From a virus, in IMG/VR virus record IMGVR_UViG_3300026487_000009, positions 3,048 to 67,047 of that record: a stretch of 64,000 nucleotides of DNA. One strand, 5' to 3'. A program made the translations under genes and the position numbers. This document shows, piece after piece, positions 9,636 to 20,502 of this stretch; position 1 is the stretch's first letter; each line of letters opens with the position of its first letter. The notes beneath the pieces are model-generated. The model saw only the letters and a program-made list of their open reading frames with translations, was not told the DNA's origin and searched no databases.

Positions 9636-10580
9636 TTAGATTGAATTAAGTTTTTTGCGGATTTCCGCCAGTCGTTGTTGGCCTATGGCTCTCGATTGCT
9701 CGCGAGAGGGGAGATCCTGATAGGTCTGGTCAAATTCTCTGTTGGCTTGCTCAAAGCGGCCATGGTTAAAACTGGTTGAGGCTGCTCCTGTACTCTTCGG
9801 CTTACCGGAAGTTTTCGCTTTCACCCAGCCCACAGCACGCTTAACAGCGGCTTTGGAGATGAGCTCGTGTATGGCGGTCTGCTCTAAGCAGCGTAGTTGC
9901 TTATGCTGCCCGGCGTCATGATTCTGGACGGCAGTACGTTGACGTCGGACGTCGTCAAATTCAACCGGCGCGTTATCAGGTTCGTCACGATACGCGAATA
10001 TGCTGCTGTCCTCTTCGGGGATATTATTTTTTTTCTGGTGATCACTACTAACTAATAATTGGGTGCAATTCCTGGAGCCTCGGGGGATCAACTTCTGAGG
10101 GGCTTTTTTAGAGTCAGAAAAAAGCCTGGAGGTGAGCGCCAGCAGCGCTTTAAGGAAGCCCGAAAGTAATTTCTCAAACTGCTCCTGAGCACTTTTGCGG
10201 GTGGTGTCTGCATGTTGTCGGAATTTGCTGGCTGCCACCAAAAAAGCTTTCGTAAAGGTGTACTCATTGGTCATCTGACGGCCAGATTTGAAAACCTCCC
10301 GCCGGGTCAGGATCCCCGATTTAACGGCAAGTTTCAGGTGCGACCTGACCGTGTTTTCGCTTTGATAAGTCTCTCTGCTCATCGTCCCGATACTTTTGAA
10401 CAGCTTATAGCCGCTTGAGGCGCAGGCATCTGCACAAACTCGCAGTAGAGTGTTCGCAGCAGGCATTGATAATACAGAGGGGGGAATGGCTTTAATCGCC
10501 TCGCAGAGGCCATAACTGTTTAAACGTCCACTACTGGTAAAAGATGCAGTGGTTGTATTGATATTAACCAATGATTTCAT
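9636..10580 (-). CDS. repL: Lytic replication initiator RepL-like (HTH)
   Basis: ETYQSENTVRSHLKLAVKSGIL..EV....RQ.TNEY.FT.AFL parallels the P1 RepL HTH. Confidence 0.75.
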   Translation of the reverse strand: MKSLVNINTTTASFTSSGRLNSYGLCEAIKAIPPSVLSMPAANTLLRVCADACASSGYKLFKSIGTMSRETYQSENTVRSHLKLAVKSGILTRREVFKSGRQMTNEYTFTKAFLVAASKFRQHADTTRKSAQEQFEKLLSGFLKALLALTSRLFSDSKKAPQKLIPRGSRNCTQLLVSSDHQKKNNIPEEDSSIFAYRDEPDNAPVEFDDVRRQRTAVQNHDAGQHKQLRCLEQTAIHELISKAAVKRAVGWVKAKTSGKPKSTGAASTSFNHGRFEQANREFDQTYQDLPSREQSRAIGQQRLAEIRKKLNSI

Positions 10581-10732
10581 TATTATGCACTCAGGAATTA
10601 CATTTCAATTTGAATTTTTTTAAGGGCAACTCGATGAGTTGCCTTTTTTTTGTGCTAACTATCCCGCGCCAGTCTTTGCTGGTGGATTTTCGGGGTAGGC
10701 CGGATGATAGATCGATCTGAATCACCAGATCA

Positions 10733-10751
10733 ACAACAAACACTAAACAAT
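10733..10751 (+). promoter_or_regulatory. Probable C1 operator at repL promoter
   Basis: ACAACAAACACTAAACAAT next to minus-strand TTGATC-18-TATCAT. Confidence 0.6.
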
Positions 10752-10789
10752 TAAGGCGGCATGATGCCGCCTTAATGATGGTGCTATTG

Positions 10790-11863
10790 TTAAAAGTTCA
10801 GATTTGGCTCTTTGAAGGAGATGGTCGGTACGTGTTCAGCAGCTGTGGTTTTCTCAGCTGCCGGTGGGTTTTTGCGGTCGATTGGTAAGGTGGAGATCGC
10901 TGTTCTGCGGAGCCCTTCGAACATGCCTTTGACAATTTTCAGGTCTTCCGGGGTGTCCATGCTCCTGAATGCTTCGCGCTGGGTTTCGGTAACAAACACC
11001 GGTAAAGACTCCAGCATGTCATCAAGAAACGCATCGCGTGCCGCTACCTTACTGTGACTCTCCTGCAGCTGGGTTTGCAGAGCCTGAATTTCTGCTGCGT
11101 GTTCCGTTTTCAGGCCTTCGAGCATCCCTTCGTTCCCCGCTGATTTAGCTTTCTCTTCATCCAGCTGCGTGGCGAGATCGATAATCTCCCCGCGGGCTTC
11201 CAGCAGAGCAATTTCCGCTTCCTCAACAAGTAGCGGGTTAACCAGGGAAATTTCTTGTTCACCAATTTTGTGAAAATGGCTCGCCACATCTTTGGCCCCA
11301 GCTTCTGTAAAGCCACGACTTTGCAGGCTTTCCAGCAATTTACCTTCCTGCTCATCAGCGGATTCATTCATGTAGGCCGGGTGATCGAGCGACACGAAAT
11401 TAGGGTTTTTGACGTAGTCCATGCCGAAGAAACGTGTAGGAATGGACACAGTGCCATCCTTTCCGCTGGTGGCCCAGGACCATCCGCCCGCGCGCGACTC
11501 CAGCAGCCCGGCGATAATGCGGCCCGGCTCGTTATCAAAAATTTCCTGGGTGTGCGTAATGATCCCTTCGTCATCGATGGAGAGATGAACAGTGCGACAA
11601 CCCGGCACGTTATCAATGAGAACCGGGCGGCCTTCAACCATTACTACAGCGGTTTCAGGAACATCCAGCCCCGCCAGCTGACGGCGGCCATGGCCATAAT
11701 AGCCATACAGCTCCCCTAGCTTCAGACCTTCCTGCGTTTCAGCGTTTTCAAACATCGATTTAACGGCTGAGAGCAGGTAGTTGCGTCCGTTCTGCCGTCC
11801 CTTACGGGCATTTTTATAAAGGCAGAAACGATCCGTATGTTGCAACAGAACTTTAGTGGTCAA
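10790..11863 (-). CDS. pro: Prohead protease Pro
   Basis: TDRFCLY.NARKGRQNGR.Y.LSAVK and GGWSWAT.G match P1 Pro. Confidence 0.93.
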   Translation of the reverse strand: MTTKVLLQHTDRFCLYKNARKGRQNGRNYLLSAVKSMFENAETQEGLKLGELYGYYGHGRRQLAGLDVPETAVVMVEGRPVLIDNVPGCRTVHLSIDDEGIITHTQEIFDNEPGRIIAGLLESRAGGWSWATSGKDGTVSIPTRFFGMDYVKNPNFVSLDHPAYMNESADEQEGKLLESLQSRGFTEAGAKDVASHFHKIGEQEISLVNPLLVEEAEIALLEARGEIIDLATQLDEEKAKSAGNEGMLEGLKTEHAAEIQALQTQLQESHSKVAARDAFLDDMLESLPVFVTETQREAFRSMDTPEDLKIVKGMFEGLRRTAISTLPIDRKNPPAAEKTTAAEHVPTISFKEPNLNF

Positions 11864-11880
11864 AATAAAACCTCCGGTTA

Positions 11881-13545
11881 TTACACATCACCGAGCACCC
11901 GGCTGCGGCGCTCTTCATCAAGGGTAAGTAGCGACTCAAAAAGGTTTTTATGCTCGTCGTTGTCGCTCGCTTTTTTTATTTCGGTTATCAGTTTCACCAC
12001 CACGTCATCGCCCAGGTTCAGGATATTGCCGAACAGCAGCTGCTTGAATGTCTCGGATTTTGAGAGCACATCGTTGTTGCTGATGGCATCAATGATCGTC
12101 GTGACGACGCTGGCATAGTTGGCCCGGCTATCAGCAGCATCATTTTCTTCCTGCTGAAGAGCGGTATTTGCAGAGTTAAAACGAATCGAATACGGACGAT
12201 CCTGAGGCGTCCAGACTTTCCCGTATTTGTAGGCCATGTGGATATCGACGGTGCGATGAATACTCGTTTCACACGCCATGCGTATCCACTGGCTACGGGC
12301 GGCAGCCTGAATAGAGGTGCGCAAGAATCCCCCTTCACCCAGCCCACCAGACATTTGATCGGCCCAGCCTAGCAGGGAGTAATCGAGGCCGACGGAACCG
12401 GCCATCATTTTGAGATACATCATCACGTCGTCAATGCCGGAGATGTTGGGATCGATGCTGAAAGTATCGATGCCCATTTGCTGTTTCCCGTCACCGAGCA
12501 CAGGGATGACGGTATTGGTGACTGTCGGTGACCATCGCCCGCGCATAGCGCGCCCCTCCATCAGATCGGCGGAGCGCTTCAGCACATGGCTGATGGTGTG
12601 CTGGTATTTGGCGGCTTGAGCGGGATCCAGCGAGTTCATGGCCACGGAGAGTAAGCGGTCAATTTTTGCTGAGTTCATCCTTGCTGAACGAACCGCGCGG
12701 ATTGCCTCTTTAAGGTTTTCATACGACTCGAACGCTGGCTCAATCAGGCTACAGCCATAGTTTTGGGTTTCTGTTGGCGTCCGCGCCATCGGGTTGCCCA
12801 GCAGGTTGTAGCTTTCTGCTCCTGAATAAGTTGGAATGACTGTCGCGCGCGGGCGCCATCCGGCGATGCGCATCGGTATCAGATCCCAGGGCTCGGCCAG
12901 TACCTTGCCGCCGTATTCCGACTTAAGGTAGTCGCCGGTGAACCCGGCCAACTGGCCACCAATGTGATATTCCCGAATGAACTGGGGAAGGGTGTAGTAG
13001 TTACATTCAAGCGATAAAATGCCGACACCCGGCTCCGCATGTGGGCGAATGAATGAAACCCCCAGGACAGCGGCAACCTGTGCAAACAGCGCAATGTTTT
13101 CGTTAAGCATGCTGCCCAGATCGCTGTTTAACTCTTCACAGATTTTCTGCGCAGCTAACACATCGGCCTTACCTCCTTTCTGAAGAGGCTGGAAAGTGAG
13201 AATACTATTCGTTTTTTTGTCGTACGACAGCGCGTGCGTCAGGTGAATGTTCAGTGCCGTGGCGAGTGTGGGATAGGTCGCCATCTCTTCCAGCAGCGGA
13301 TATTTCAAAAAGCGATCGTCAGGCAGAGATATGTCATCCCGCATGGCCCCGCCCACTCCTACCAGGTTATTGCCTTCTTTCGCTTCCCGTCCGAGCAGGT
13401 CGAACATGCCGGACGACCGAGTAAAAACGTGCCCGCCGCCGGAGGTCATGAGCCCCGAAAGCATTGAAGGTGATCGATCAGAGGCGGCTGCTGGCAGGCG
13501 GGCGGTTAGGGCTTTACGGACGTCGGATTGTGCGATTAGTTTCAT
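11881..13545 (-). CDS. prt: Portal protein Prt
   Basis: LP.DRF.KYPLLEEMA.YPT.ATALNIH; size and position between pro and darB as in P1. Confidence 0.9.
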   Translation of the reverse strand: MKLIAQSDVRKALTARLPAAASDRSPSMLSGLMTSGGGHVFTRSSGMFDLLGREAKEGNNLVGVGGAMRDDISLPDDRFLKYPLLEEMATYPTLATALNIHLTHALSYDKKTNSILTFQPLQKGGKADVLAAQKICEELNSDLGSMLNENIALFAQVAAVLGVSFIRPHAEPGVGILSLECNYYTLPQFIREYHIGGQLAGFTGDYLKSEYGGKVLAEPWDLIPMRIAGWRPRATVIPTYSGAESYNLLGNPMARTPTETQNYGCSLIEPAFESYENLKEAIRAVRSARMNSAKIDRLLSVAMNSLDPAQAAKYQHTISHVLKRSADLMEGRAMRGRWSPTVTNTVIPVLGDGKQQMGIDTFSIDPNISGIDDVMMYLKMMAGSVGLDYSLLGWADQMSGGLGEGGFLRTSIQAAARSQWIRMACETSIHRTVDIHMAYKYGKVWTPQDRPYSIRFNSANTALQQEENDAADSRANYASVVTTIIDAISNNDVLSKSETFKQLLFGNILNLGDDVVVKLITEIKKASDNDEHKNLFESLLTLDEERRSRVLGDV

Positions 13546-13573
13546 CAGTCCAGCGAACCTTGTGTAAGATTAT

Positions 13574-13592
13574 AAAGTTTAGTGTTTATTGC
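13574..13592 (-). promoter_or_regulatory. Probable C1 operator (consensus copy)
   Basis: rc GCAATAAACACTAAACTTT in the prt/darB divergent gap. Confidence 0.7.
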
Positions 13593-13624
13593 ATCTTAAT
13601 CAAAGTACGCTGGAGTTGGGCAAT

Positions 13625-16600
13625 ATGAATTTTGACCTTGATAATCCGCTTACGCTGGGTGTTATGGCGTGCCGTAACCTCCCGGAGTTGGTTCGGTATC
13701 TTAAATCGCTGGGAGAAGTGAAGGCACCTGTTCGCTTCGGGGTGGAAAAAATTGCCGGCAAGTCCTGGGACTCCCTCAGGAAATCGGCAAACGCCGCGGC
13801 TATAGCGCTGCTAAACGAACTGCAACCCGGTGCGGCATTAAGCGATGAGCAGCGCCAGACACTGGCTGGCTATACCGGCAATGGCGGTATCGGTGGAACG
13901 GAAAGTGAATACTACACACCGCAGCCGATCGCAGAGGGCATTTGGGAAGCCCTGAAACTCTACGGCGCCGATACAGGAAACGTGCTGGAGCCTTCCGCAG
14001 GTGTCGGGGTTTTCCATGAAGCTAAGCCTCGCGGCGTGCTGATGACCGCGGCAGAGATTGATACCATTTCGGGGACCATTAACCAGCTTTTGCACCCTGG
14101 CGATTCCATCGCAATTTCTCCCTTTGAGCAGCTGGCTTCTTCCAGCCCGGATAACTTCTTTGATCACTGCGTGGCCAACGTGCCATTCGGGAACAACCGC
14201 GGCGCATTTGCCAACCTCGATCCAGCCTATGCCGGTGAGAAAAATATTGGCCGTTACTTTGTGCTTCGCCTTCTGGACAAAATTAAGCCGGGCGGGTACG
14301 CCGGGATCATTGTGCCTTACGGCATGACCAGCGGGAGCGATATGAAGCGCCTGCGAGAAGAGGTGAGCCGCAAGGCTGAATTCCTCGGAGCGCACCGGCT
14401 GCCAACCGGGACCTTTGATGCGTCAGGTACCTCTACCGTCGTGGATATCTGGATGCTGAGAAAGCACCCGGAGGAACTGGCAGACTTCATTGCCCAGGCT
14501 GATGAGCAGCTGCTGCAGACTGCGAATGTGATGTGGCCGACTTACATCACCGGAAAGTGGTTTGAGCATGAGGGTAAGCGCTTTGTTCACGGTGAGCAGG
14601 AAAAAGCTTTCCGCGGGATCACCGTTAAAAACGGACAGGTCAACAACGCCGCGATGAAAGAACGGCTGATCCACAAGTTTGAAAGCCGTATTGACTGGTC
14701 GCTTCTTCAGGTTGAGCCACCAGCGATTATGCGCGCTGCTGAGGATGAATCTCGCTTCATTAACCGCCAGTGGTACCGCTTCCGGGGTGGAATGTGGGTG
14801 CTTGACGATACCCAGCGTGAAAAATCTCTGGATCCGGCCACGTATGGCGCGCCAACGCATGAGGCGCTGTCTCGCCTGCTTTCTACTGAGGAGGGCATTC
14901 TGTCCCTTTCCTGGGCACAGATTCAGGCTGCGTCTACAGACTACCCGCAATACTTCAGCCAGCAGACCGCCGGCGTATTGAGCTGGGTTAAAACGCAGAA
15001 GCCTAAACACCAGGAACGACTTTTCCGCGGTGCAATGGTCGGGATCCGTATCCAGACCTATCGGGGCGTTTTAACAACCGGTCATGTGTCGGATGAGCAG
15101 CTGGAATCACTGCGGCAGGATCTCGTGAGTCTGGTCAACGGCGAGATGAGTAAGTTTGGCAACCCGAACCAGGGCATGATTAGCAAGGTTAGTGGTAATG
15201 GCGCGGGGCCATGGTTCGCGTTCAAATCCTCGATACGTCATGACGGTTCGCACTCTGACCTGCTCAGCGGCACGATCAACACCGAGAAGGGCAGCAGCTT
15301 CAATTCTACCGATTATGCTGACACAGTGCGTCATCTCTTCAGTGAAGTGGATCTTGTTCCGGTCAGTGTGGAAGAGTTCCGCAAGACCTTCACCGGCGAA
15401 CTGCCTGCTGATGATAATGACCTGCTGGATATCCTGGCGACACAGGACGGCATCGCCATTACCCCGGATGGGAATATTGTACCGTTTGACCGCGCAACCA
15501 GTGGCGATATCGGTTTAAACAATGCCGCCCTGCGCGGGGCGATCTCTGTCATGCCAGAAGGGCCGCAGCGCCAGAACATGCTGCGCCAGCTACAGGGGAT
15601 CCAGGATAAAAGAAAATGGACCGACGTTGATGATATTGCGTTTAAGCTAAATTCTCGCTGGTTTGACCGCACTCTCATCCTGCAATTCCTGCAGGAAAAC
15701 GGCTATACAGAGTTTCTGTATGCTGACCGCATCGAAACCGATGAAAACGCCCGCCTGATCTCTGACACGAACTACCATGGCCGGGATGGGGTATTTACTG
15801 GTTACCGCTACGGCACAATCCAGGGCCGCGACAAAGAGACGGGGCTGCCGGTCTACAAATGGGGCAAGCGCTCCGCTAAAGATGGTGACGGATTCCCGGC
15901 GCAGCTGGAAAAATATCTCAATGGCCAGAAACCAGCGGGGGTGAATGGAGCTGCATATATGGCTCGCATTCAAGGACTGGAAGAGCAGTTTAACGCCTGG
16001 ATCCGTCAGCACGACGAGATTGATAACCTTGTCGCTGACTATAACGATGCATTCAACGCCTTTATCCCTTATGAACAGTCTGATGCACCGTTAAATTTAA
16101 AGGGTGTCAGCGGCAACATTGAGTCGTTTGGGTACCAGAACAAGGAGGTAAGGCGCCTGTCTGAGGATGGTCGGGGCATTTTAGGCTTCGGCACCGGGCT
16201 CGGTAAAACGCTCACCGCGCTGGCGCTTGAGGCCTACAATTTTGAATGCGGGCGTAGTAAACGTACTGCCATTGTGGTGCCAAAGTCTGTACTGGAAAAC
16301 TGGTACCACGAAGCGAAGAATTTCTATTCACCGGAGGCGTTTGCCAGCATCCTGTTTATCGGCCTCGATCCGGTTCGTGGCGGTGATGGGGCGATCGCTC
16401 AGGTCGAGATGCGTAACGAGGCTGGCGCTGTAATTACCGACCCGAAAACCGGCGCGCCAAAAATGCGTGATGCGCTGGTGGAAGTGGACGAAGCGACAAT
16501 CAAAGCCCGGATGCATGCCATCCCTCAGTCCAACTATCGTTCAGTGGTCATGACCAAAGAGCAATATGCCCGCATACCTCTGAAAGAAGAGACGGTCCGC

Positions 16601-19600
16601 GATCATGCGCATGACGTGCTCCACCAGCTCGTTGATGCAGGACGACTTACCGCGGTGCCGGAAAATCATCGTGAGGCCAATAAGCGTAATAACGTGCTGG
16701 CGAAAAACTCCGACACCGGCACAACCAAAGAATACGACTATCCGTATTTTGAGGACATGGGCTTTGATAACGTCATTGCTGATGAAGGACATAACTACCG
16801 CAACAGCTATTCCGCCGGGCGTGAGGCTGCGCAGTTAGCATATCTCCCGTTGCCGTCGGTGGCGAAGTCGGCGCGCGATATGGCTGTAAAAAACGCTTAT
16901 CTGATGGCTCAGAATAACGGTCGAGGTTGTGTACTGCTCTCAGCAACGCCAGTCGTAAACTCCCCCATCGATGCGTTTAACATGCTTTCCCACGTAGTCA
17001 GCATGCAGGAATGGTCCCGAATGGGGATCCACACCCCGGATGATTTTGTGAAGGTGTTCGGCAAGACAGACCGGGTACTGTTCCAGAAAATCAGCGGTGA
17101 AATTGAAGAGCGTGACGGGCTGGTGGGCTTCCAGAACCTGGATGGTTTACGCGGTATCTTCCACCGCTGGACGACATTAAAAACCTCTCAGGACGTTGCT
17201 CAGGACGTCAAAATACCCGAGCTGGATGAGAATATTCAACCGGCACCGATGACTGATGAGCAGGCGGAGCTGTATGAGACACTGCGTGTTCGTGCAGAGA
17301 AGCTGTCATTGGGTATTACCGACAAATACACGGTCGATGAAGATGGTGAACTCGTTAAACCGGACTCCATATTTGCAATCATCCGCGATATGGACCGTGT
17401 CTGTACGGACGTCGATCTGTATAAGCGCCAGATCACTTTCCGTTTCCCGGCGGACAGTATGGCTGCTGTTCAGCAGCTCTGTGATGACCTGCCTAAGTCC
17501 GCAGGCAGCGATGATGACGAAGACGGTTATGCATCCAGCGGGCGCGGAGTCGTCACTGCAAAAGGTGATTTCTGTGAGCTGGTGGTGCCTGAGGTATATG
17601 AGCAGGCAGTGTTATCGCGGATCGCTAAATTTGGCATAGATGAAACCACGATCTCGCATCCGGTACCGCCGAAATACTCGGTGCTGGTTGAAAATCTTCG
17701 GGAAGGGCTGAAGCGCGGTAAACAGATCATCTTCACCGATGAAAAGAGCCAGCACAGCAAGCTGAAGCGTATTCTCTGCTCCGCCCTGGGCATGGCCGCT
17801 GAGCAGATCGGTATTCTTAATGCGACCACTGTGGCGGATGCCGGTAAAAAATCGAAAAAAGTTAAGGCTGTGAAACCGCCAAAAGAACTGCCGGAGGAGC
17901 CAACCGAGGAGCAACTGGCGACATACTATGAGCAGAAGCAGGCTTATGAGGCTTATATCTCAGCCCAGAATGAAGTCTCCCTTGGCGGCCTCGAGCAAAT
18001 TGCTGCGGATTACCAGGAGGGCCGGACGCAGATCATTATCTGCAATAAAAAGGCTGAAGTAGGCATTAACCTGCATAAGGGCACGTCAGATGTCCACCAT
18101 CTCACGCTGCCGTGGACGCCAGCCAGTATCGACCAGCGTAATGGCCGCGGCGCTCGCGTGGGATCCACGCATGACAGCGTACGGGTGCATTATTACTGTG
18201 GCAAAGGCTCCTTTGATGAGTTCCGTCTCAAGACGCTGCGCCGTAAAAAAGACTGGATCCGCGAAATACTGACATCTGACAAAGCGACCGCAGACAACGC
18301 AGACGCCGACAGCGTGCTGGAAATGCAGCTGCTGCTGGCATCCAACCCTGAAGAGCGCGAGCGCCGCATTCGTGAGCAACAGGAAGCGATCAAAGCTGCT
18401 GCTCTGCAGGCTGCAAAATCCCGGGCAAACATCAACCTCGTTAACTACATGAAGGCGCAACACGCGGCAGCCAGCAGCTCTGACAGAGAAGAAACGATCC
18501 TGCATGACCTGAATATCGAACTGACAAAGCTCAACGCTGAAGTGGAAGAAGCTCGAAGAGAGATGGAAGAGATACAGGCGAAACTTGCGAAAGAGGTCGC
18601 TGGTGAAAACCTCAGCTACAAAGTGCGGGCTTTTGGTGAGCGAATCCGTGCTGCCAATACTTATCTGACCGATAAGCTTAAAGCCCAGGGGGCGGCCCGC
18701 CGGAGCGTGAACCTGCAACAGCGGCGCCTGAATAGGATTAGTGATGCAGAAAAGAAAATTAAGCAACTGCGGCCGGTCATTTCCGATGCCATAAAAAATG
18801 GCCTGCTTGACGTCGATACTGACGTGATCGACCACGGCGCCAGCATGCTGATCGTCAATGGACGCACCTTTAAGATCGGGCAGTTCTATCCGGTTTCTTC
18901 TGGTTACCGGGATCGCGTATATGACGACGCTGTAGAAAGAGCCGCGTACTCCCGAATAATCAGCATCGATTTTGATTTTCAGACGGCTACGCTGGTGGCT
19001 GTCAGCGATCCGAACAGCATTACGCCACACAAGCGAGTGATTAACGTGCTTTCGTTGCCGCAACCAGTGGACCTGTCCCCGGATGAAGTCTCAATCCTGA
19101 CGAAGATTAGCGGCGGTATTTCAATCACGCGCGTACCAGAGCTGCTGACCAAAGCAGATTTCTATCGCTATCTGGGGCAGGGAGTGTTGCGCCTTACCGA
19201 TGACAAAGGTCTGATATGGAACGGCTCGCAATACCAGCTGGAAACCCTGAGTGAGCAGGGATATGTGTCGCCCTCCCGGGCGAGAATTATCCGTAGTGAC
19301 GCCTGGTATAAGGCCAACGGTGCGAAAATTGTGTACCCGGATCGGGATGATGACTCTCTGAAAAATGCCATTGCCAGCTGGTTCCGTGGCGCGGTGGCGG
19401 GAGACAGAAGCAATTCACGTTCGTTTATGATTGCCCTTTTTGGTCCCCAGTACACAACGGCCATCGAATCGTATGGTGAAAATGCCTCAGCCGACCAGAT
19501 TGCACTTTATGTCGCTGACTGGATTAAGCGAGTCGGTGATGAAATTGCATCTCGTGGCGGTTCGGCCACTGGTGAGAGCAGTAAATACGTCGCTTTTTAT

Positions 19601-20464
19601 CGGGAAACGGGGAAGTATTTAAGCGAGTCAGAGTGGGAAAATGGGCGCTCCTATCTTCGCTTTGAGCCACCAGCGCAGTTTTCCAACCAGGATGCCTTCG
19701 AGCGCGCCCGCATTATTGCCGTCAATGAGCTGATCAGCCAGAGCAAGAATAATACGCTGGCGGCGTCCCGCGCGCAGGCACAGGAGGAACTGGAAGAGAT
19801 AAGGGCAGCAGTCACTGCAGGGACGATCCAGCAGGCAGATAGCATGGCGCGTGTCTTGTCTGGAACATCCCAGGTAGCGAATGTATATGCCCTTAGCTTC
19901 AAGCGAGGTGCGATTGATCTGCGTGAATGCTTCATTGACGCCGTCCTGGCCGGGTTGCTTCGCCAGGATGAAATAACTGCAGCGGATATGGAAAGGGTAT
20001 TCGATACCAACCCATTGATTAAGAAAATCAACGAGACGGTGAGCAGGCTCTCGGCTGAAGACCGTCAGCGCGTGGTGGACGAGTGGCAGCTGAAAGCTGG
20101 GACGGTGACCCAGGAGGAACTGGAGGCCCGCCGGGCAGAGCGTGAAGAGAAAGAGGCGAGCCGTAACGACATGGATAAACGCCTGTCCAATTTGGGGATC
20201 ACCTCCAGGGTGAATGGTTCGGATATCAAGCTGACCTACAAACGCCGGAATATGGGCTCCTTTGGGCCGGGTAAAGCGCGAGGGTTCTTTGATCCTAAGG
20301 GTAAGGAAGGGCAGCTCTTTGCAGCAAAAGACAAGCTTAAAGAGAAATTCAACGCGAAGTTCCAGGGCGGCGGATCAGAAGGCAGTGACTTCCCCGGCAG
20401 CTGGTGGCTGATCTCCACCGATTTTTCGCTGTCCGATATTCTGGACGTAATTGAAACGGCTTAA
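13625..20464 (+). CDS. darB: DarB: N6-adenine MTase plus SNF2-type helicase antirestriction protein
   Basis: LEPSAG.G and NVPF MTase motifs; GFGTGLGKT, DEGHNYRN and QRNGRGAR helicase motifs; colinear with P1 DarB. Confidence 0.96.
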   Translation: MNFDLDNPLTLGVMACRNLPELVRYLKSLGEVKAPVRFGVEKIAGKSWDSLRKSANAAAIALLNELQPGAALSDEQRQTLAGYTGNGGIGGTESEYYTPQPIAEGIWEALKLYGADTGNVLEPSAGVGVFHEAKPRGVLMTAAEIDTISGTINQLLHPGDSIAISPFEQLASSSPDNFFDHCVANVPFGNNRGAFANLDPAYAGEKNIGRYFVLRLLDKIKPGGYAGIIVPYGMTSGSDMKRLREEVSRKAEFLGAHRLPTGTFDASGTSTVVDIWMLRKHPEELADFIAQADEQLLQTANVMWPTYITGKWFEHEGKRFVHGEQEKAFRGITVKNGQVNNAAMKERLIHKFESRIDWSLLQVEPPAIMRAAEDESRFINRQWYRFRGGMWVLDDTQREKSLDPATYGAPTHEALSRLLSTEEGILSLSWAQIQAASTDYPQYFSQQTAGVLSWVKTQKPKHQERLFRGAMVGIRIQTYRGVLTTGHVSDEQLESLRQDLVSLVNGEMSKFGNPNQGMISKVSGNGAGPWFAFKSSIRHDGSHSDLLSGTINTEKGSSFNSTDYADTVRHLFSEVDLVPVSVEEFRKTFTGELPADDNDLLDILATQDGIAITPDGNIVPFDRATSGDIGLNNAALRGAISVMPEGPQRQNMLRQLQGIQDKRKWTDVDDIAFKLNSRWFDRTLILQFLQENGYTEFLYADRIETDENARLISDTNYHGRDGVFTGYRYGTIQGRDKETGLPVYKWGKRSAKDGDGFPAQLEKYLNGQKPAGVNGAAYMARIQGLEEQFNAWIRQHDEIDNLVADYNDAFNAFIPYEQSDAPLNLKGVSGNIESFGYQNKEVRRLSEDGRGILGFGTGLGKTLTALALEAYNFECGRSKRTAIVVPKSVLENWYHEAKNFYSPEAFASILFIGLDPVRGGDGAIAQVEMRNEAGAVITDPKTGAPKMRDALVEVDEATIKARMHAIPQSNYRSVVMTKEQYARIPLKEETVRDHAHDVLHQLVDAGRLTAVPENHREANKRNNVLAKNSDTGTTKEYDYPYFEDMGFDNVIADEGHNYRNSYSAGREAAQLAYLPLPSVAKSARDMAVKNAYLMAQNNGRGCVLLSATPVVNSPIDAFNMLSHVVSMQEWSRMGIHTPDDFVKVFGKTDRVLFQKISGEIEERDGLVGFQNLDGLRGIFHRWTTLKTSQDVAQDVKIPELDENIQPAPMTDEQAELYETLRVRAEKLSLGITDKYTVDEDGELVKPDSIFAIIRDMDRVCTDVDLYKRQITFRFPADSMAAVQQLCDDLPKSAGSDDDEDGYASSGRGVVTAKGDFCELVVPEVYEQAVLSRIAKFGIDETTISHPVPPKYSVLVENLREGLKRGKQIIFTDEKSQHSKLKRILCSALGMAAEQIGILNATTVADAGKKSKKVKAVKPPKELPEEPTEEQLATYYEQKQAYEAYISAQNEVSLGGLEQIAADYQEGRTQIIICNKKAEVGINLHKGTSDVHHLTLPWTPASIDQRNGRGARVGSTHDSVRVHYYCGKGSFDEFRLKTLRRKKDWIREILTSDKATADNADADSVLEMQLLLASNPEERERRIREQQEAIKAAALQAAKSRANINLVNYMKAQHAAASSSDREETILHDLNIELTKLNAEVEEARREMEEIQAKLAKEVAGENLSYKVRAFGERIRAANTYLTDKLKAQGAARRSVNLQQRRLNRISDAEKKIKQLRPVISDAIKNGLLDVDTDVIDHGASMLIVNGRTFKIGQFYPVSSGYRDRVYDDAVERAAYSRIISIDFDFQTATLVAVSDPNSITPHKRVINVLSLPQPVDLSPDEVSILTKISGGISITRVPELLTKADFYRYLGQGVLRLTDDKGLIWNGSQYQLETLSEQGYVSPSRARIIRSDAWYKANGAKIVYPDRDDDSLKNAIASWFRGAVAGDRSNSRSFMIALFGPQYTTAIESYGENASADQIALYVADWIKRVGDEIASRGGSATGESSKYVAFYRETGKYLSESEWENGRSYLRFEPPAQFSNQDAFERARIIAVNELISQSKNNTLAASRAQAQEELEEIRAAVTAGTIQQADSMARVLSGTSQVANVYALSFKRGAIDLRECFIDAVLAGLLRQDEITAADMERVFDTNPLIKKINETVSRLSAEDRQRVVDEWQLKAGTVTQEELEARRAEREEKEASRNDMDKRLSNLGITSRVNGSDIKLTYKRRNMGSFGPGKARGFFDPKGKEGQLFAAKDKLKEKFNAKFQGGGSEGSDFPGSWWLISTDFSLSDILDVIETA

Positions 20465-20502
20465 TGACTCAGGAGTGTGCCGGGTGACCGGCACAACATC
20501 GC

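Noticed and set aside
13546-13624. P1-type late promoters before darB/prt (also sought before lydA, the endolysin and mat)
   Set aside because: The -22/-10 layout was convincing only before pacA
18086-19063. 325-aa antisense ORF inside darB, and similar overlaps elsewhere
   Set aside because: Codon-shadow ORFs opposite well-supported genes
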